Assembly (NCBI RefSeq): GCF_009914755.1
Contig: NC_060938.1
Length of the DNA stretch: 64,000 nt
Direction: 5' to 3' (one strand)
Source: the human T2T-CHM13v2.0 reference genome, Homo sapiens
The stretch's first letter is position 1; each line of letters begins with the position of its first letter. The position numbers were made by a program, and so were the translations under genes. This document shows, one piece after another, positions 58,891 through 64,000 of the stretch. Under the pieces are notes generated by a model that made no database searches, was not told the origin of the DNA, and saw nothing but the letters and a program-made list of their open reading frames with translations.

Positions 58891-61549
58891 AAAGACAGCA
58901 TCTTCCAGTTTTCTCATTCTCTGAGATTAAAGAACCCATTTTTTTAATAACAAGTAGCATTGTGAAATTGTAAAATTACATTAGTGACTGTTGACTTTGC
59001 ACACAATTTGAAAGCATCAATGGAAGGCTGAGTCTTCCTGTTTCTTCCTAACAAACATGTTTTAATCCTTGCTCTACTCGAGTTTCGTTTGAGAGACTGA
59101 TTTGTGTGAACCAAAGAAACCAGATGACTGTTATGTAAAGCAGAAAATATTTGGATTTAAATTGTTAGATGGATTAAAACCACATATCATCACCATGACT
59201 GGGAGTTTTGTTTCTTCAGCCACTCAGGACAGCTGTGCCATTATAAATTTACATTTATATCATTTTAGCTAGAAGCCCATCTTAATATATATGTATCTGT
59301 TGTAGAGTGATGGATGTCAAATAACATCTGATGTGTAACTCGTTCTCTAGAGTAAAGCTTCTGATCTCTTCTCATTGAGTTCCATAGTTATCCATGCTCT
59401 TTGAGGGTAGGAAATTGTTTATTGGTTGTGTATAATTGATGTCTCCGTAAGAAATAGAATTACAGTCTCTAGGAGCTTCTGTAAATTGTGTCGTTAGAGG
59501 CATTATCACCACTTTATCAAATGTTGAACAGAAACTGGTTTTGAAGCATTTAGGAAGAGTAGAAATAAGTTTTAAACTCCCTTTTGCTTAGGTGTCTAGT
59601 CTTTAACATTTTCTCTTGTGGAAATTAGTTTTAGGGATGAGCTTTGAAAAATAAATTTTTCACATAATGCTTTAATTTTCCCTAAATCCAATTGAAACTG
59701 TTATAGGTATTGAAACCCTGATATATTAGTCTGTTGATTTATCTTATGAAGGCAATGATCCTTATTCCTGTCTTAGAATTCTATCTTCTGTTTAATATAT
59801 TAAAGATCATATTTTGTCTTTTACCCACCTTTGGCAAAAAGTGATGAAACTCACAGCTTTTATTTTACAATTAAAATCTTAAGTATGAAAGAAATAATTG
59901 TGATTTACAGGAGGAATATTTGCCTGCTTTAGAGAAAATACACACAAATGTATTCATGTGCATTAAACATTTTCTTTATCATTTCTTCTCTCATTGGTGT
60001 CAACCCTATTCCCCAAACTATTTAACTCCTAAGATGAAGATTTTCTCCAGAGAAAATGCTTCTTTTTGGAGATGAGAATTCTCCCTAGGTTTGTGTGCAA
60101 GGATGAGACAATATAGGTGTGCTCATCTTCAAATGACTGATGGGACATTTCTTTAATGTAGGCGAGGATGGAAGCCAAAGCTGTGGAAGATGTTGGTGGA
60201 GCCAATGGGTAGTTTCCTTTCCTCTTCCTCACATCCCTTAGTTCTGTTCACTTCCATCGTTATCAAGAAGTATTTATATGTGTTCCCTAGTTTTAAATAG
60301 ATTCTCCCTTGTATTTTATTTCTCTTGTTGGTTAATTTGATAGTGGAAGTTGAAGACTCACCTTAGTGTGTCACCTCAATATGAAAATTCTGGCATTGTG
60401 TTTATGACTCCAAAGTACATCTGTTGAAACAATAGATGTTTAATGATTGCTGTAATAGCATTTAGAGTTGAGATAGTAAATTCTTGCCAAAATAAAAGAT
60501 ATTTTTATTTTACTTTCCTTTTCTTTGCCTGTGAACTGCAAGTCTGCATAAATAGGTATTGCCTATATTATCCAGAGATTATTTTGTTAACATTAACTCT
60601 CTCTGGCTCTACTGATTGCTCTAACTTGGGAAAAGAAAACAAGACTGCTGAAGGCTTCTACATGTTTTTAGCATTTCCTGATGGGATCTATTTATATGTA
60701 GTGATTTGGGGCACCTTTGTCCTATCTTCTAAGTTAGGAAAATGTGACTGTCAATGGAAACAGATTAGACTCTATCATGTTAAAACTAATTCTGTTGTCT
60801 TATTTGTGTATAAACGTTCAGTTGCTTTAACATGATTGAGTACAGCACAGGATGTTTTAATTTCCTAACTTGGAAGATTGAAATTACCTTTATTTGCCTT
60901 ACTATTATGCAAACAATGGAAATATCCTTGCTATTAAATTACTTCTCAGAATTCTTAACATCTTTTATTCCTTTATTATTTTGTGTTTTAAGTATTCCAT
61001 CAATACTTCAGTAATAACATGCTTTCCTACTTTTAGAGCAGTAATTTTGCTAGCAAGTTAACTTTATTTTGAATGAGCTGTGTCATCACCATGGAAATAG
61101 TACTTCACTAGAAATTCTAGTTAATAAAACTTAACTGTTTAAAGATGTTTCTCTTCAATATCTTTTATTTTGTTAGATAGTTTTTTAAATCTAAGGTTCT
61201 TTCCAGATGTAGCTGTTACTGTTTAAAATAGTTTTCCACAATTGTGCTATTTTTACTTTCTCTCTATATGGATGATTTTTGTGCAAAGTGAAGTTTAGAT
61301 ACGAGGATGGGAAACTGAGAGGATTAAGTAAAGTCACTTTCTTGCCCTATGATAATATGAGGGGTCTATAGGAAAAACAGTAATAGAGTGAAATATACTA
61401 AACTTTCGTCATTCCAACCATTTATTGTAACTCTCTAGTCTTTAAATTGCCTATTTTTCACCTGAGGCTACCCATGTTCTGCACTACAGGGAATTTCAAG
61501 TGATAGAATCTAATTCCACTCACTCTGTTCTCACTGTGATACAACTAAA

Positions 61550-61765
61550 ACATAATGCTTAAAAGCACTGCCTCTGAAGTCAGACTGCCTAGATTTTAAT
61601 CTTGATTCTGCCACATATTTATGTATAACTTTGGACAATTAACTTCTTTATGCCTCAGTTTTTTCATCTTGAATGGGAATTTTATTACTGCTTCTACAGG
61701 TTATTGTAAGGATCAAATGACTTAATATAAGGTGCTAAGAATAGTGCCTTGCAAATGAAAGATAG
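61550..61765 (+). mobile_element. MIR
   Basis: gcctcagttttttcatc...aggttattgtaaggatcaaatga...atagtgcct. Confidence 0.75.
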
Positions 61766-61773
61766 CCATGCTT

Positions 61774-64000
61774 CTGAACAAAAGGCAGCAGAAACTTCTG
61801 CAGACTTAAACGTCCCTGTCTGACAGCTCTGAAGAGAGCAGTGGTTCTCCTAGCATGGTGTTTGAGCTCTGAGAATGGACAGACTGCCTCCTCAAGTGGA
61901 TCCCTGACCCCTGTGTAGGCTAACATGGAGACATCTCCCAGTAGGGGCTGACTGACACCTCATACACCCGGGCGCCCCTCTGAGATGAAGCTTCCAGAGG
62001 AAGGATCAGGCAGCAATATTTGTTGTTCTGCAACATTTGCTGTTCTGCAGCCTCCGCTGGTGATTACCCAGGCAAACAGGGTCTGGAGTGGACCTCCAGC
62101 AAACTCCAACAGACCTGCAGCTGAAGGACCTGTTAGAAGGAAAACTAACAAGCAGAAAGGAATAGCATCAACCTCAACAAAAAGGACATCCACACCAAAA
62201 CTGCATCTGTAGGTCACCATCATCAAAGACCAAAGGTAGATAAAACCACAAAGATTGGGAGAAAACAGAGCAGAAAACCTGGAAATTCTAAAAACCAGAG
62301 CGCCCCTTCTTCTCCAAAGGATTGCAGCTCCTCGCCAGCAACGGAACAAAGCTGGACGGAGAATGATGAGTTGACAGAAGTAGGCTTCAGAAAGTCGATA
62401 ATAACAAGTTTCTCCAAGCTGAAGGAGGATGTTTGAACCGGTCACAAGGAAGCTAAAAACCTTGAAAAAAGATTAAAAGAATGGCTAACTAGAATAAACA
62501 GTGTAAAGAAGACCTTAAATGACCTGATGGAGCTGAAAACCATGGCACGAGAACTACGTGATGCATGCACAAGCTTCAGTAGCCAATTCGATCAAGTGGA
62601 AGAAAGAGTATCAATGATTGAAGATCAAATTAACGATATGAAACAAGAAGAGAAGTTTAGAGAAAAAAAGAGTAAAAAGAAATGAACAAAGCCTCCAAGA
62701 AATGTGGGACTATGTGAAAAGACCAAATCTGCGTTTGATTGGTGTACCTGAAAGTGACAGGGAGAATGGAACCAAGTTGGAAAACACTCTTCAGGATATT
62801 ATCCAGGAGAACTTCCCCAACCTAGCAAGACAGGCCAACATTCAAATTCAGGAAATACAGAGAACACCACAAAGATACTCAAGAAGAGCAACCCCAAGAC
62901 ACATAATTGTCAGATTCACCAAGGTGAAATGAAGGAAAAAATGTTAAGGGCAGCCAGAGAGAAAGGTTGGGTTACCCACAGAGGGAAGCCCATCCGACTA
63001 ACAGTGGATCTCTCAGCAGAAACTGTACAAGCAAGAAGAGAGTGGGGGGCAATATTCAACATTCTTAAAGAAAAGAATTTTCAACTCAGAATTTCATATA
63101 CAGCCAAACTAAGCTTCAGAAGTGAAGGAGAAATAAAATCCTTTACAGACAAGCAAATGCTGAGAGATTTTGTCACTACCAGGCCTGCCTTACAAGAGCT
63201 CCTGAAGGAAGCACTAAACATGGAAAGGAACAACCAGTACCAGCCACTGCAAAAACATGCCAAATTGTAAAGACCATAGATGCTAGGAAGAAACTGCATC
63301 AGCTAATGGGCAGAATAACCAGCAAATATCATAATGACAGGATCAAATTCACACATAATAATATTAACCTTAAACATAAATGGGCTAAATACCCCAATTA
63401 AAAGACACAGACTGGCAAATTGGATAAAGAGTCAAGACCCATCAGTGTGCTGTATTCAGGAGACCCATCACATGTGCAGAGACACACAAAGGCTCAAAAT
63501 AAAGGGATGGAGGAAGATCTACCAAGCAAATGGAAAGCAAAAAAAAGCAGGGGTTGCAATCCTAGTCTATGATAAAAGAGACTTTAAACCAACAAAGATC
63601 AAAAGAGACAAAGAAGGCCATTACATAATGGTAAAGGGATCAATTCAACAAGAAGAGCTAACTATTGTAAATATATATGCACCTAATACAGGAGCAAAAC
63701 AAGATTCATAAAACAAATCCCAGATTCACAAAACAAGTCCTTAGAGACCTACAAAGAGACTTAGACTCCCACACAATAATAATGGGAGACTTTAACACCC
63801 CACTGTCAATATTAGACAGATCAACGAGACAGAAGGTTAACAAGGATATCCAGGAATTGAACTGAGCTCTGCACTAATAGACATCTACAGAACTCTCCAC
63901 CCCAAATCAACAGAATATACATTCTTCTCAACACCACATCACACTTATTCCAAAACTGACCACATAGTTGGTAGTAAAGCACTCCTCAGCAAATGTAAAA
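61774..64000 (+). mobile_element. L1PA (mid-age primate L1), truncated inside the 5' UTR, ORF1/ORF2 disabled; continues past the window
   Basis: ORF1 remnants (WDYVKRPNLRLIGVPE; ...QPLQKHAKL* at 63270), ORF2 endonuclease start MTGSNSHI at 63334; ORF1 ATG mutated to ATT at 62254; stops and frameshifts. Confidence 0.96.

Noticed and set aside
60162-60208. Purine-rich 47-nt candidate cryptic exon (tgtAG...GG|GTAGTT)
   Set aside because: Weak donor; such patterns are frequent in long introns
61735-62445. Antisense ORFs in the L1 5' UTR as possible ORF0
   Set aside because: The ORF0 region lies 5' of this element's truncation point; these are generic antisense L1 frames
62702-63865. L1 ORF1/ORF2 pieces as an active retrotransposon
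   Set aside because: Lost start codon, premature stop, frameshifts and missing promoter

Overview
Primate (almost certainly human, 14q12 by gene recognition) genomic DNA with two tandem + strand genes. The first is the 3' end of G2E3: five coding exons for the HECT-like domain, stop at 14350-14352, and a ~3.5 kb AU-rich 3' UTR. After a ~2.3 kb gap come the CpG-rich promoter and coding exons 1-10 of SCFD1 (Sly1, Sec1/Munc18 family; codons 1-285). All exons join in frame through GT-AG introns. The rest is mostly interspersed repeat: ~28 Alu pieces, L1s of several ages (including a 5'-truncated, disabled L1PA running off the right edge), L2, MIR, MaLR/ERVL LTRs and Tigger/MER DNA transposon fossils. 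Most ORF-track entries are Alu/L1 artefacts. I see no sequence evidence for a wholly new biological system. The best leads are: (1) phase compatibility that would make a G2E3-SCFD1 read-through splice an in-frame fusion; (2) inverted Alu geometry predicting SCFD1 circRNAs, two of them stop-free circles, and exon-2 skipping; (3) a perfect UPRE/XBP1-CREB3 site at the SCFD1 start; (4) a tailless U6 retrocopy with target-site duplication; (5) several template-switch-like micro-rearrangements. Repeat subfamily names are from memory of consensus sequences and repeat boundaries are approximate.
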